A stretch of DNA of 64,000 nucleotides from positions 352,293 to 416,292 of the forward strand of contig CAZWPK010000001.1 of NCBI GenBank assembly GCA_964635905.1. Direction: 5' to 3'. Made by a program: the position numbers and the translations under genes. A model generated the notes under the pieces. That model was given only the letters and a program-made list of their open reading frames with translations. It searched no databases and was not told where the DNA came from. Within the stretch, counting starts at the first letter, position 1, and each line of letters begins with the position of its first letter. This document shows positions 37,034 through 47,228 of this stretch, in pieces. The stretch comes from an uncultured Pseudomonadales bacterium. Lineage in GTDB: Bacteria > Patescibacteriota > Microgenomatia > UBA1400 > UBA12028.

Positions 37034-38803
37034 CTACTCCAGAGACAGGATAGAAGAGGTATTCACAATGTCATTTGGTGTTGCCCACCCGCGCTGTGCA
37101 TTAAAGATTCCGTAGTGCATCATTGCCATGCCATCTACATGATGAGCATCGGTATTAATAATGAATTTCACTCCTGCTATCTTTGCGTCACGAATGAGGG
37201 GAGCCGGAAGATCAGTGCGATCGGGACCGCTGTTAATCTCCATCCAAATATCGTTTTCACCACAGAAGGCAAAGATTGCATTCCAGTCGGCATCGATTCC
37301 ATCGCGCGACTCTAAGATGCGACCGGTTGGATGTCCCATAAAACGTACTTTGGGATGGGAGAGGGCTTTTAAAATTCTAGCGGTAGCTGTTTTGCGATCC
37401 TGACGAAACTGCGAATGCAAGGATGCAATCACATAATCAAGTTCATCGATCGCTTCTTCTTCCAGCGCCAAATTTCCATCGGGCAGAATATCTATTTCAA
37501 GCCCTTTATAGACTTGAATGGTTTGTTTCTTTCCCTTAAAAAACCGGGCGACTATTTCATCGATAGCAATATTGCGCTCTTTGACACAGGTAAGGCGCTC
37601 TGCTGCTGTCAACCCGGTACGCTTGGGATTATGATCAGAAAAGCCGATGTAGGAATACCCTAATTCTTTTGCCCGTAACAAGAGATCATCGATGGTACTT
37701 CGACCGGAATCATGACTACTGGGAAACGGCAAATTGGTATGGATATGCACATCCCCTTTGATCATTGGAAGTGTCACGAGGTTTGGCAGTGTGTTGGAAG
37801 TTGCCTTAACGATTTCTCCACTGTCTTCGCGTAGCATCGGTGGAATCCATTCCATTCCCAGCTCTTTATACAGGAGTGCTTCAGTGGCATAGGTGTGGAC
37901 TTTTCCGTCTTTCTCAATACCCCGCTCAGAGAGTGACCATCCTTTTTTGACAGCGATCGTTCGCAACGCAATATTGTGCATTTTGTTTCCGGTGTAGTGT
38001 TGCAGCATGGAACCCCAGGCTGCAGGGTCGCTTGTTTTACAGTCCACCTGCCAGCCGGTGGCGTGGATGAAGGTGAATTGTTTTGCCCCTCTTCCGATTA
38101 ACCGATTAATTCCTGGATAAGTTGCCAGATGATCAAAGACGATAGCACTATCTTTCGTGGATATGGCAATATCGATGTCCCCAACCGTGGGTGATTTTCG
38201 ACGCAGACTTCCTAAAGGTTCTGCAGCAAGTACTACCGGACAGGAGGAAATAAACGCAACTACATCACCGGCGATTTGTTCTGCGATGGGAAGCAAGAGT
38301 CGTGCTTGGGACTTCTCTCGGGTGTGTTCAATTGCCGACAAAATGCGTGCCTGCGAGACTGCAGAAAAGCCCTCCAAAGCAGCAATGCGATTTTCTGTGG
38401 CAGCTTGTTTAACCTGCTCGACTGCAGATTCTGCAGACGTTAGATTGAGTTGGGTGACCAGTTTTAGGGCAGTTTTGGGACCGATCCCCTGAATGGGGAG
38501 TAAGGCAAAGAATCCTTGAGGAACAGTGTGCAGCAGGTTCTCAAAATGTTCCACCTTCCCTTCCAAAAACAAGGTGTGTAAATCCCCGGCAATTGCTTTC
38601 CCTACCCCCGGGATGGCATCCAGTGCCTCGTCATTGGTCCAAATGTCTTGGATGGGAATAGAATACTGCTCAATACTATTGGCGGCATTCTCAAACGCTT
38701 TAATCTTAAAGATATTCTCTCCATTGAGTGCATAGATTGCGGCAACATTGCGAAGTAACGTGGCTACTTGTGCGTTAGAAAAAGAGATTGCTGGTTTGTG
38801 CAT
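37034..38803 (-). CDS. polX: DNA polymerase X family protein (Pol beta-like polymerase domain plus C-terminal PHP phosphoesterase).
   Basis: HhH motifs IPGVGKAIAG and IQGIGPKTA. Pol-beta palm GSLRRKSPTVGDIDIAI. PHP His clusters (GDVHIHT, HSQFRQ, INTDAHH). Confidence 0.85.
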   Translation of the reverse strand: MHKPAISFSNAQVATLLRNVAAIYALNGENIFKIKAFENAANSIEQYSIPIQDIWTNDEALDAIPGVGKAIAGDLHTLFLEGKVEHFENLLHTVPQGFFALLPIQGIGPKTALKLVTQLNLTSAESAVEQVKQAATENRIAALEGFSAVSQARILSAIEHTREKSQARLLLPIAEQIAGDVVAFISSCPVVLAAEPLGSLRRKSPTVGDIDIAISTKDSAIVFDHLATYPGINRLIGRGAKQFTFIHATGWQVDCKTSDPAAWGSMLQHYTGNKMHNIALRTIAVKKGWSLSERGIEKDGKVHTYATEALLYKELGMEWIPPMLREDSGEIVKATSNTLPNLVTLPMIKGDVHIHTNLPFPSSHDSGRSTIDDLLLRAKELGYSYIGFSDHNPKRTGLTAAERLTCVKERNIAIDEIVARFFKGKKQTIQVYKGLEIDILPDGNLALEEEAIDELDYVIASLHSQFRQDRKTATARILKALSHPKVRFMGHPTGRILESRDGIDADWNAIFAFCGENDIWMEINSGPDRTDLPAPLIRDAKIAGVKFIINTDAHHVDGMAMMHYGIFNAQRGWATPNDIVNTSSILSLE

Positions 38804-38831
38804 AGCAGTGATCCCGTATAATATCCCGACA

Positions 38832-39968
38832 ATGTCACCCTGTCGATTCGAAGCAGTTCAACCATTGTACGGGAGTTTTCAGGATTATTTGAGCCCCGTA
38901 CTAGATTCTACCCAAGATAGCTCTGTTCTCGTGCAAGTTCCCATGGTGGGAGAAGGTAATCCTGCCACGGCGATGGCAATTGCACGAAAACTACGATCCA
39001 GTCACCTACCCACAGAGTTGTCGTTTCTGACGATCTCCGGCTTCCCTGCGAATCTTTGGCATCAAAAGATGACCCAATCGGAAAAAAAAAGCGCAGCATA
39101 TACGGTTTCAAGTGAACAGAGACGCAAAGGACCATTAGCCAAAGTGTTTGGGAATCTTTCCAAACTGGAGATGGACATTTCTCTTAAAGAATTCTTTGAT
39201 TTTAATCCTTCCCCAGTCATGATTGGTGTGCAGGAACTACAATTTCTCGCATTCACGGTTCCGCAACTCTTAGCGCGTTTCTTAAAAACCTTTCTCTATA
39301 TTCCTGATGTGTTTCCCAAAGCGAGTGCCGTAGAGATTCTCCAGCGTTTGCCGATCACCGCCTTAGTTTGGAATGCAGAAGCACGGGAAGACTTGGAGAA
39401 GAAAAGAATCACGGTTAAGCTGGTTGAGCCGGTACTTCCCTATGCCTTCGCAGACGCATTTCCTGTTTCGTCTCCATCAGACCCCTATGTGTTGATCAAA
39501 TCGTCGGGAAGCGGAATGCCCAGAAAACTTGCAGAGGCATTGACGACCTTTTATCGCGAGAAAAAGATTCCGTTTCAACTCTGGCTTCCTGATCGTGTGG
39601 AACTGTTGGAGGAAAGTCGACCGCTTCCCATCGCACGTCAGGAAAGAACGATGGCTTTTTATCACAATCTCTTGAATTGCCCTCCCCAAGCGGTGATTGC
39701 CTACCCTTCGGAAATGGTGCAAGTCTTGTATGCATTGGCAGTGCATGGGCAGCGTATTCCCTACTTGAGTCTTCCACCACGGGGAGCGCACGAGCTCGCG
39801 AATTTAAATTGGGGGATGAAAAAAGGAGTGATTAGTGCCGAGTGGAAAGGCAAAGAGACGTTATCACGCTTCCAGGACACGCTTAGTGGCAACGATCGAA
39901 AGCCAGTGGTTCTGCCACAAACCGATGCTGTTTCGCTTCGGGAGCTGATTACTCGAGTGCGTTCTTAA
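38832..39968 (+). CDS. Putative GT-B glycosyltransferase with a MurG/GT28-like C-terminal domain.
   Basis: Track ORF starts at 38748 and overlaps polX; a plausible ATG is at 38832. C-terminal pattern SSGSGMP...YPSEMVQVLYALAVHGQRIPYLSLP...ELANLNWGMKKGV resembles the Glyco_tran_28_C fold. The match is weak. Confidence 0.3.
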   Translation: MSPCRFEAVQPLYGSFQDYLSPVLDSTQDSSVLVQVPMVGEGNPATAMAIARKLRSSHLPTELSFLTISGFPANLWHQKMTQSEKKSAAYTVSSEQRRKGPLAKVFGNLSKLEMDISLKEFFDFNPSPVMIGVQELQFLAFTVPQLLARFLKTFLYIPDVFPKASAVEILQRLPITALVWNAEAREDLEKKRITVKLVEPVLPYAFADAFPVSSPSDPYVLIKSSGSGMPRKLAEALTTFYREKKIPFQLWLPDRVELLEESRPLPIARQERTMAFYHNLLNCPPQAVIAYPSEMVQVLYALAVHGQRIPYLSLPPRGAHELANLNWGMKKGVISAEWKGKETLSRFQDTLSGNDRKPVVLPQTDAVSLRELITRVRS

Positions 39969-40019
39969 GGTCGACGTGCACTACTTGGACTTTTATCGGG
40001 ATACGCTACACTACAGACT

Positions 40020-40883
40020 ATGCCACGTGATAAATTTACCGCAACTTGGATCTCACATTCTTCACTCTCAGATTTCTTGAAATGCCCGCGAGCGTACTAT
40101 CTAAAGAACATGTACAAGGATCCAAAGACTGGACACAAAATTCAACTCATGTCTCCTCCATTAGCCTTAGGGCAGGCCGTGCATGAAGTGATTGAATCCT
40201 TATCCATTCTTCCCACCGAGTTGCGTTTTAACACCCCATTACTTGAAAAGTATGAAAAGGTTTGGACCAAGTTATCAGGGAAACGCGGAGGCTTTCTCTC
40301 TCCCGATACCGAACAGCGCTACAAAGAGCGTGGGGCCCAGATGTTGCGACGAGTCACCAACAATCCTGGTCCTTTAGCAAACAAAGCCGTGAAGCTCAAA
40401 GAAGACATCCCCAATTTCTGGTTGTCGGATGAGGACAATATTATTTTGTGCGGGAAGATTGATTGGATGGAGTACACCAGTAGTACTGACAGTGTCCACA
40501 TCATTGATTTTAAAACAAGTAAAAGTGAAGAAGATGGCAAGTCACTCCAGTTGCCCATCTATGTTCTCTTAGCTTCTCGTTTGCAAAAGCGTCCTGTCTC
40601 AAAAATTAGTTACTGGTATTTAGATTTTTCAGACTATGTCACGACCAAAGAGATGCCAGACACCGTCGCTGCGAAAGAAGAGCTCCTAAAAATTGGGAAA
40701 CAACTCAAGCTTGCCCGACAGTTAGGTAAATTGGAATGTAAGAGTGGGGGGTGCCGGCATTGTGCTGATATGGAACGCATTCTGTTAGGTGAAGGTGAAC
40801 TAGTCGGATTGGATGAAACCAATAAAGATATCTATATTCTTCCCACGATTCCTGCAACAGAAGATGATAGTGTTCTTTTGTAA
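40020..40883 (+). CDS. PD-(D/E)XK nuclease of the Cas4/RecB family with a 4-Cys Fe-S cluster. Stand-alone.
   Basis: N-terminal FLKCPRAYYL. Nuclease motifs IDWMEY...IIDFKTSK...QLPIY. C-terminal CKSGGCRHC. Confidence 0.65.
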   Translation: MPRDKFTATWISHSSLSDFLKCPRAYYLKNMYKDPKTGHKIQLMSPPLALGQAVHEVIESLSILPTELRFNTPLLEKYEKVWTKLSGKRGGFLSPDTEQRYKERGAQMLRRVTNNPGPLANKAVKLKEDIPNFWLSDEDNIILCGKIDWMEYTSSTDSVHIIDFKTSKSEEDGKSLQLPIYVLLASRLQKRPVSKISYWYLDFSDYVTTKEMPDTVAAKEELLKIGKQLKLARQLGKLECKSGGCRHCADMERILLGEGELVGLDETNKDIYILPTIPATEDDSVLL

Positions 40884-40896
40884 AGAAAGGTAGCGT

Positions 40897-41514
40897 ATGG
40901 TTGCTCGATACCAATTACTTCTCGTGTTGTTCTGTGGTTTTCTGTTTGTTGCTTGTTCACAACAAACAGCCGCTCCGGTTGAGACAAGTAGAAATGCTAC
41001 TCCAGTTATCTCCTCTGCTCCAAGTCCCATCAGTCACAGTCGTCCAATTGAGTCCGAACGACAATTTTTAGAACTGATGATTGCGCATCATCAAGAAGCC
41101 ATTGATCGCTCCAATGAAATCCAAGAACGCACTACAACTCCCAAGCTACTGCAGTTTTCCCAAAATGTTGTTGAGGCGCAGCAAAAAGAAGTCGATACCA
41201 TGCAGCGATGGCTCAAGCTCTGGTATGGAAATGAAGCAGACTCATCAACATCGTATGTTCCCATGATGGAAGACTTGAGTGGTTTGGATCAAAAAAATGC
41301 GGAACGTGTCTATCTTTCCGGTATGCTCGAGCATCATCGGGAGGCAATTTCCATGGCTAAACAAGTAAAACTCAAATCTCCAAGAGCCGAAGTAATCAAG
41401 CTGGCAGACGAAATTATTTTGATTCAAAGCAAAGAAGTAAACTTGCTATCTCTCTGGATTATGGACTATGAAGGTCAAAACATCCAACAAGAGAGTAATC
41501 CAACAGATCACTAA
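40897..41514 (+). CDS. DUF305-family lipoprotein.
   Basis: Lipobox LFVAC. Two FLELMIAHHQEAI / YLSGMLEHHREAISMA repeats typical of DUF305. Confidence 0.6.
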   Translation: MVARYQLLLVLFCGFLFVACSQQTAAPVETSRNATPVISSAPSPISHSRPIESERQFLELMIAHHQEAIDRSNEIQERTTTPKLLQFSQNVVEAQQKEVDTMQRWLKLWYGNEADSSTSYVPMMEDLSGLDQKNAERVYLSGMLEHHREAISMAKQVKLKSPRAEVIKLADEIILIQSKEVNLLSLWIMDYEGQNIQQESNPTDH

Positions 41515-43001
41515 GGTAAGCGAATAGAGATATCCGCAGAAGTCGAGTTCGTTTTGTTCCCGGAAGTTACTGTGGTGTATGGAAGAAGGGTGTGAAGGTT
41601 GGCCAGTACCTCTTCTGCGATTCTTTCATGGTGCACTGTAATCGCTGCCGACGATGTCGCTGCGTATTTTTGGTTTTTTACCGGATACCACTTCGCTGAT
41701 AACGCAGCAGAAAGAGAGGCGGAGAGACTGGCCGATTGCTGGGATGCCAGTATCTCAATTTGTGGATAGCGCAGCGCAATTGCAGGATTTTCTGTGGACG
41801 CAATCCAGTTGTGAATGGCTTGATAGTTACCCTGCCCAGCTTTGGGAAGCAAGACGTACTGTTTGTCCACTGGAAGATCATCCGAGAGGTAATTTTGATC
41901 GGTTAGGGACAGTGAGGTAATCGGATAATCTCGGATTGCAGACGCTTTCGGGAGGTATGTCACCCAGTCAGCAGCCGAAAAATCCGTATCAATATGGGAT
42001 CGAAGTGTCGTGACAAAGCTGGGTAATTTGGTGATTTGGTTGAGCGAAAATAGTTTGTCCACTACAGCCAGCATTAATTTCTTTTGCCGATTGGATCGGG
42101 AAAAATCCGAACCCTCTTCACTACTATGACGGGAGCGAACATATTTGAGGGCCAGACTACCCGTTAAGTGCTGTTCTCCCGCCGCAAACCGAAGAGCTTC
42201 ATAGCGACAGGGAAATTCTTTTGACAATGCAGGAAGGGAGTCAGGATTGAGCGTGCCCGCAGCAATTTCTTCTTGCAGCGAGGTAGGAGTGTTCGTGGTT
42301 TTCTCAATCGCAGTGGCACAGTCGGTCCGTTCCCGACCAGCGATCGGATATTCATAGTCTACAAAGGCACGATCGACGGTTACATCAACGCCTCCGATCA
42401 GATCAATGGCTTGTTCAAATCCAGAAAAATCGAGCACCACATACCGATCCAGTGATAGACCAGTAACGGTAGAAAGAACGGTTTTTACCAATGCACCTCC
42501 ACCAGTAGGCCCAGTAAATTTCTCAAGCTTGTTGGAATAGTTCTTGGAATCAATGCCAATGGCGTACGCAGCATTCAATTTTCCAACATGGTATGTTCCG
42601 TCATACGGGATGTCGACGTACAGATCCCGAGGAACGGAAAGTAAGAGTACCCGTTTAGATTCCAAGAGAATCTTGGCGATCACAATGGTGTCGGTGAGTG
42701 CGCCTCCATCATGTCCTGCTCCACCGCGACCAAGCAAGACAATCGAGAACGAGGGTTCGGGGCTGGGCAGTGGTGTACCACCTGCTGAAGGGAGTGGAGA
42801 CGCTGGTAGATTTGTAGATGAGAGCGGACGCGCCTGCGGCAGGATTAAACTGACAATGAGGAGAACCACTGAGAGAACAGTAGCTAGGCTGCCGGCAATC
42901 AGCCAACGATGCCCACGATTTGGCGGTGGGAGTGATGAGGTCAACTGATCCTCTGATGGTGGTATCTCTTGCGGCGTCTGCATGACACCATAGCCTAGCA
43001 T
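41511..43001 (-). CDS. LCP-family (LytR-CpsA-Psr) cell-wall polymer transferase.
   Basis: TM anchor, Pro-rich linker, LCP core TDTIVIAKIL...LLLSVPRDLYVDIPYDG...KLNAAYAIG...LDRYVVLDFSGFEQAIDLIGGVDVTV. Confidence 0.75.
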   Translation of the reverse strand: MLGYGVMQTPQEIPPSEDQLTSSLPPPNRGHRWLIAGSLATVLSVVLLIVSLILPQARPLSSTNLPASPLPSAGGTPLPSPEPSFSIVLLGRGGAGHDGGALTDTIVIAKILLESKRVLLLSVPRDLYVDIPYDGTYHVGKLNAAYAIGIDSKNYSNKLEKFTGPTGGGALVKTVLSTVTGLSLDRYVVLDFSGFEQAIDLIGGVDVTVDRAFVDYEYPIAGRERTDCATAIEKTTNTPTSLQEEIAAGTLNPDSLPALSKEFPCRYEALRFAAGEQHLTGSLALKYVRSRHSSEEGSDFSRSNRQKKLMLAVVDKLFSLNQITKLPSFVTTLRSHIDTDFSAADWVTYLPKASAIRDYPITSLSLTDQNYLSDDLPVDKQYVLLPKAGQGNYQAIHNWIASTENPAIALRYPQIEILASQQSASLSASLSAALSAKWYPVKNQKYAATSSAAITVHHERIAEEVLANLHTLLPYTTVTSGNKTNSTSADISIRLP

Positions 43002-43039
43002 ATCTGGATTACTGTGCGAAAGGACAGTATCAATAGGAC

Positions 43040-43672
43040 TCAGTCCGCTTTGAAGGATCTCTGTGCGTGCGCAATCAACAGGCTACTACTGCTTGCGATA
43101 GCAATGGCTAAACTTGCTCCTCCGAGGATATCTGTTGTCCAATGTTTCCCTAAGACAATCAAGGCAATCACTAGACTGAGTGCAATCAATGAAAAAAGTG
43201 TCGCAACGGTGAGATGAACGATGTTCAGTGATTTACTGACCATCAAGTGCAGAATCACCAGAGTTGCAGCAAAAAACGTGCGATAGGTGTGTCCCGATGG
43301 GTAGGAATACTGGATTTGGACATACGAACTGGGGAAATGCAATCCACTCCCACCGCGATGGAACAAAAATGGGGGTGCTGGATGGTGGAGTGTTTCTTTG
43401 CCCACCCAAATTAAAAATAGACCGATCACATATGCTCCCAACACTCCAAGTTTGTAGCGTTTTTTTGTCGGAAGTAGTGCGGTGATCCCCACAACGATGA
43501 GGGTCATGAATTCCATACTGCCAATATCGACAATATAGGCAAGTTCATTGTCAAAACGACGGATGACGTTATCTTGAAGTCTAACCGTGAGGTTGAAATC
43601 AGTTTGCACAAATCTACCTTGTGACACCAAAAAAGTGACCAACAAAAAAAACGCAAACGAGAGCACGGTCAA
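43040..43672 (-). CDS. PAP2-family membrane phosphatase.
   Basis: PAP2 motifs YPSGHT and LGKHWTTDILGG within a 6-TM protein. Confidence 0.65.
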   Translation of the reverse strand: MTVLSFAFFLLVTFLVSQGRFVQTDFNLTVRLQDNVIRRFDNELAYIVDIGSMEFMTLIVVGITALLPTKKRYKLGVLGAYVIGLFLIWVGKETLHHPAPPFLFHRGGSGLHFPSSYVQIQYSYPSGHTYRTFFAATLVILHLMVSKSLNIVHLTVATLFSLIALSLVIALIVLGKHWTTDILGGASLAIAIASSSSLLIAHAQRSFKAD

Positions 43673-43762
43673 TCCAACAAGAAAACGCTTATACTGTAGA
43701 GACGAGATTTTCAGAAGATACTATTGTATCAATCGCCCGCAAATTGGATAGAAGAGCAGCGA

Positions 43763-44137
43763 TTACCAGATACCCTGATGTTTCATGAAACAGGCATTGG
43801 AGGTGACCTTGATCCCCAACGCGGTTGCCTTCTGTATGGCGGCAGCTGATTCTGACCCCGGTTGCATCCAGATTTCCTTCACCTTCAGACTGTGACATTC
43901 TTGGACAATAGCTTCGGTTACGGTGGGTGGGACGACGGTGATTACCAGTTCTGGGGTTTGGGGAAGCGCAGAGAGGGTCGGATAGACAGTCTGACGTTCG
44001 ATGGTTCCCCCTTTTGGATTGACTGCAACGACGGGGTATCTGGCAATCAGTAAATCTTTAAAGACGCGATGCCCATATTTGGAAGGGTCTGCGGAGACGC
44101 CTACGACAGCGATGGAAGAAAAGACAGGCCTAGTCAT
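43763..44137 (-). CDS. CoA-binding domain protein (YccU-like).
   Basis: IAVVGVSADPSKYGHRVFKDLL...VVAVNPKGG...VPP...WMQPGSES pattern of the CoA_binding_2 family. Confidence 0.6.
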   Translation of the reverse strand: MTRPVFSSIAVVGVSADPSKYGHRVFKDLLIARYPVVAVNPKGGTIERQTVYPTLSALPQTPELVITVVPPTVTEAIVQECHSLKVKEIWMQPGSESAAAIQKATALGIKVTSNACFMKHQGIW

Positions 44138-44210
44138 AGTGGTATGAACAAACTATACTACTTGGTAGGCGCTTCTCCTAGGGCGCTTTTTTAGTTACAG
44201 TAATCGTACT

Positions 44211-44711
44211 ATGCCAGCCTCTTCTTTGGATACTCTATCCGATCACGTCACCCGTTGGATGGGATCTACCCTCTCCATTGCATTACACACCGTTTTGTTT
44301 ATCGGAGCGTTTGCCCTGCTTTTAATTGGTATTGAATTTGACAAAATTTTGCTGGGACTGACGACGATTGTCTCTTTGGAAGCAATTTATTTATCCCTCT
44401 TTATTCAGCGCTCGGTAAACAAACAATCGGCCAAACTGGAGCAAGCGGTAGAAAAAATTGTTCATAATGTGTCGGAGAATTTAGAGCAACCGTTGGATGA
44501 AGTCGTGGGAGAAATATTACACGTGGTCAACAGTACCCATCATGCTGTCATTCGAGTAGTCGCCGCCGAATCCGATGAAGTGATTGAGAAAGTCTCCGCT
44601 CGCTTGGTTGCAGAATCTGATGATGTAGTCAAAGAAGTCACCGACCAACTGAAAGAAGAAACGGACGATTTGTTGGAAGACCTAAAAAACCACAAGAAGT
44701 CACTTTCCTAG
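44211..44711 (+). CDS. DUF1003-like membrane protein with an acidic coiled C-terminus.
   Basis: Two TM helices flank LEAIYLSLFIQRSVNKQ, followed by a Glu/Asp-rich helical tail. Confidence 0.35.
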   Translation: MPASSLDTLSDHVTRWMGSTLSIALHTVLFIGAFALLLIGIEFDKILLGLTTIVSLEAIYLSLFIQRSVNKQSAKLEQAVEKIVHNVSENLEQPLDEVVGEILHVVNSTHHAVIRVVAAESDEVIEKVSARLVAESDDVVKEVTDQLKEETDDLLEDLKNHKKSLS

Positions 44712-44756
44712 AATTCTGCTTGTCAGCTGATACCCCTAGAGAGTATAAAAGGAACA

Positions 44757-46184
44757 ATGGAACCTTTCGCATTCTTCTTATTTGGGGTAACGGGAAACCT
44801 TGCTCAAATTAAAGTCATTCCGGCAATTTACGACTTGTTTGAAAAAGGTCGTATCCCAACGGGCACACCCATCGTTGGTGTCGCGCGCAAAGAGATGAGC
44901 AATAATGACTTTCGTTCTTTCGTGTGGGATATTTTACAGATTCCCAATAAAAGCCATCAACACGTCATCAAACCCGACGTTTGGGAGACAATGGCTGCCT
45001 CCCTTTCCTACATTCAAGGCGATTTTTCGGATCCGACATTGTATGTAAAAGTTCAGGATCAGGTTGAGTCTGCACCCACCCAAAACGCCATCTATTATTT
45101 AGCAACGTATCCGCAGCTGTATGAAACGATTTTCCATCAATTAAAACAGCACGCTCTAACCGACGAGGAACACGGTTGGAAGCGTCTCTTAGTTGAAAAA
45201 CCGTTTGGAATTGATTTACCATCCGCCCAAAATCTCAATGCCCTGATGGCCTCCTATTTTAAGGAATCTCAAGTCTATCGTCTGGATCATTATTTAGGCA
45301 AAGAAACACTTCAAAACATCCTCACCTTTCGTTTTGGAAATGGATTATTGGAGCCACTGTTTTCTCATGAATATGTCGATCACATTCAGATTTCTGCATT
45401 AGAAGATATTGGAATTGGTCGACGTGGAAACTATTTTGATAGTGTCGGAATGTTAAAGGATGTCGGACAGAATCATAGTTTGCAAATGTTGACGCTGTTG
45501 ACCATGGATGCCCCCAGTGCCTTTACCAATGAGGAGGTTACCAAGCGACGGGTAGAAATTCTCAAGAAAATCGTTGCCGATCGCTCCTCGATCGTCTTTG
45601 GTCAGTATGATGGGTATTTGGGCGAAGAGTTCGTTTCAGAACGATCGACCACGGACACCTTTTTTGCGTTACGCACCACCATTGATGTTCCACGTTGGAA
45701 AGATGTCCCGATTTATATCCGTGCGGGAAAGCGACTTAAACAGTCGTGTACCGAAATCTCCGTGATCTTTAAGACTCCGATCAATCGCTTGTTCAAGCAC
45801 TTGGAATCTGGAATGGAACCCAATGTATTAACCTTTCGGATTCAACCCAATGAAGGGATTGTCTTGCGCTTCCTCTCAAAGAAGCCCGGACATGAATTAG
45901 AAGTGGAGTCGCAAGCGATGCAGTTTTGTTATCGATTGCAAACCTCCGATCTTCCTGATGCCTATGAACGTTTAATTGCGGATGTTGTGGAGGGAGATCA
46001 AACCTTTTTTAATGATGCCGTAGAAGTGGAAGCACAATGGGAGTTTACCGATGCCCTAATGAAAGAGCCGCATCAAGTCTTCCCCTATTCTCAACAATCA
46101 TGGGGTCCAGAGGCTTCCAACACGTTAATTCAGCGCGATGGCCGAGAGTGGCTCGAACCGAGTTCTATCGTTTGTGCGCTGTAA
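44757..46184 (+). CDS. zwf: Glucose-6-phosphate 1-dehydrogenase.
   Basis: NADP-binding FFLFGVTGNLAQIKVIPAIYDLF. Active-site RLDHYLGKE. EKPFG motif. Confidence 0.85.
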   Translation: MEPFAFFLFGVTGNLAQIKVIPAIYDLFEKGRIPTGTPIVGVARKEMSNNDFRSFVWDILQIPNKSHQHVIKPDVWETMAASLSYIQGDFSDPTLYVKVQDQVESAPTQNAIYYLATYPQLYETIFHQLKQHALTDEEHGWKRLLVEKPFGIDLPSAQNLNALMASYFKESQVYRLDHYLGKETLQNILTFRFGNGLLEPLFSHEYVDHIQISALEDIGIGRRGNYFDSVGMLKDVGQNHSLQMLTLLTMDAPSAFTNEEVTKRRVEILKKIVADRSSIVFGQYDGYLGEEFVSERSTTDTFFALRTTIDVPRWKDVPIYIRAGKRLKQSCTEISVIFKTPINRLFKHLESGMEPNVLTFRIQPNEGIVLRFLSKKPGHELEVESQAMQFCYRLQTSDLPDAYERLIADVVEGDQTFFNDAVEVEAQWEFTDALMKEPHQVFPYSQQSWGPEASNTLIQRDGREWLEPSSIVCAL

Positions 46185-46317
46185 CGAAGGCCTTATCTAA
46201 AAGTGTTCCAAATCACCGAAAAGTAGAATTACTGTAGGTCATACTGATGGAGATTACAGTCTTCTGGGGGATACCCCCATTGACTTTACCTTTGTAAGAA
46301 GAGTGTAATGGGTCTAT

Positions 46318-47226
46318 ATGGATGCAACCTCAGTCAACCCTACAAACTCAACCACTACTGTTAAAGATTCCACAAAATCTGATTGCTGCGGAAAAGGAAA
46401 TTGTGGAGAATGCTTAAAAGGCGGAATGCCGTTTAGAAAAGAACTGCTTTCCTTTGCCTTGATGCTGATGATTGGGCTTTCTACAGTGCTTACAGTTCTT
46501 TTTATTCAAGCAAAGCGTGAAAACTCCGTCCAGCCTGCACAGTCCGCCAAAGTTGAAACGGTGGCGCCGAGTCCAACACTCTACCCGACATCCGCACCAC
46601 GCACCTACAGTAACTCCATTGCCTTACCAAAGCCGAGTCTAAAGGGTAGTTTGTCGGTAGAAGCTGCACTTCAAACGCGACGAACCAAGCGTACGTACAC
46701 GAGCGAATCGGTGAAACTTGCCGATCTTTCCCAGATGCTCTGGTCTGGTCAAGGAATTACGGTGCCTGGAACTGAAAAGAGAACGGCACCATCTGCACGT
46801 GAATCCTATCCAATGACACTCTTTGTTGCAGTCAAACGTGTTGAAGGTCTGCAACCGGGTCTGTATGAATATTTACCAAAGACGCATTCCTTGGGTCTGA
46901 TGAAGGCTGGCGATATTGATCCAGCGCTCAAAGAAGCTGGGGTGCAAGAAGGGGCTCAGTCTGCACCAGTCGCAGTCTTAATTAGTGCCGCGATTGGAAA
47001 CTACCAGGCAAAGACGAAATCAACGACAACCACTGCAACGTATCTTGAGGCCGGACATATCGGACAAAATATGTACCTCCAAGCAGAATCGATTAAACTG
47101 GGAATGGTTGTCATGGCAGGTTTTGATAGTCAAAAAGTAGCCAAGGCCTTAGAGCTTGGTGCCGGAGAAACCGTTGAATATGTGGTGCCAATGGGCTATC
47201 CAGCACCGGAGCCAGTTGAAGAATAA
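46318..47226 (+). CDS. Nitroreductase/SagB-type dehydrogenase family protein with an N-terminal Cys-rich segment and a TM helix.
   Basis: RRTKRTY (RxSxRxF-like), LISAAIGNY...LEAGHIGQNMYLQAE nitroreductase-fold blocks. N-terminal CCGKGNCGEC. Confidence 0.45.
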   Translation: MDATSVNPTNSTTTVKDSTKSDCCGKGNCGECLKGGMPFRKELLSFALMLMIGLSTVLTVLFIQAKRENSVQPAQSAKVETVAPSPTLYPTSAPRTYSNSIALPKPSLKGSLSVEAALQTRRTKRTYTSESVKLADLSQMLWSGQGITVPGTEKRTAPSARESYPMTLFVAVKRVEGLQPGLYEYLPKTHSLGLMKAGDIDPALKEAGVQEGAQSAPVAVLISAAIGNYQAKTKSTTTTATYLEAGHIGQNMYLQAESIKLGMVVMAGFDSQKVAKALELGAGETVEYVVPMGYPAPEPVEE

Positions 47227-47228
47227 TT

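Noticed and set aside
38748-38831. Long N-terminal extension of the GT-B-like gene overlapping polX
   Set aside because: The extension would overlap the polX coding end by 56 nt in divergent orientation and has no RBS. An internal ATG at 38832 is more plausible, though the gene call itself remains weak.
44168-44200. GGCGC-loop-GCGC followed by TTTTTT, a possible intrinsic terminator
   Set aside because: The stem is only 4 bp. It is oriented on the plus strand although no plus-strand gene ends upstream, and on the minus strand the T-run precedes the stem. It is more likely part of the promoter or 5' UTR of the 44211 gene.
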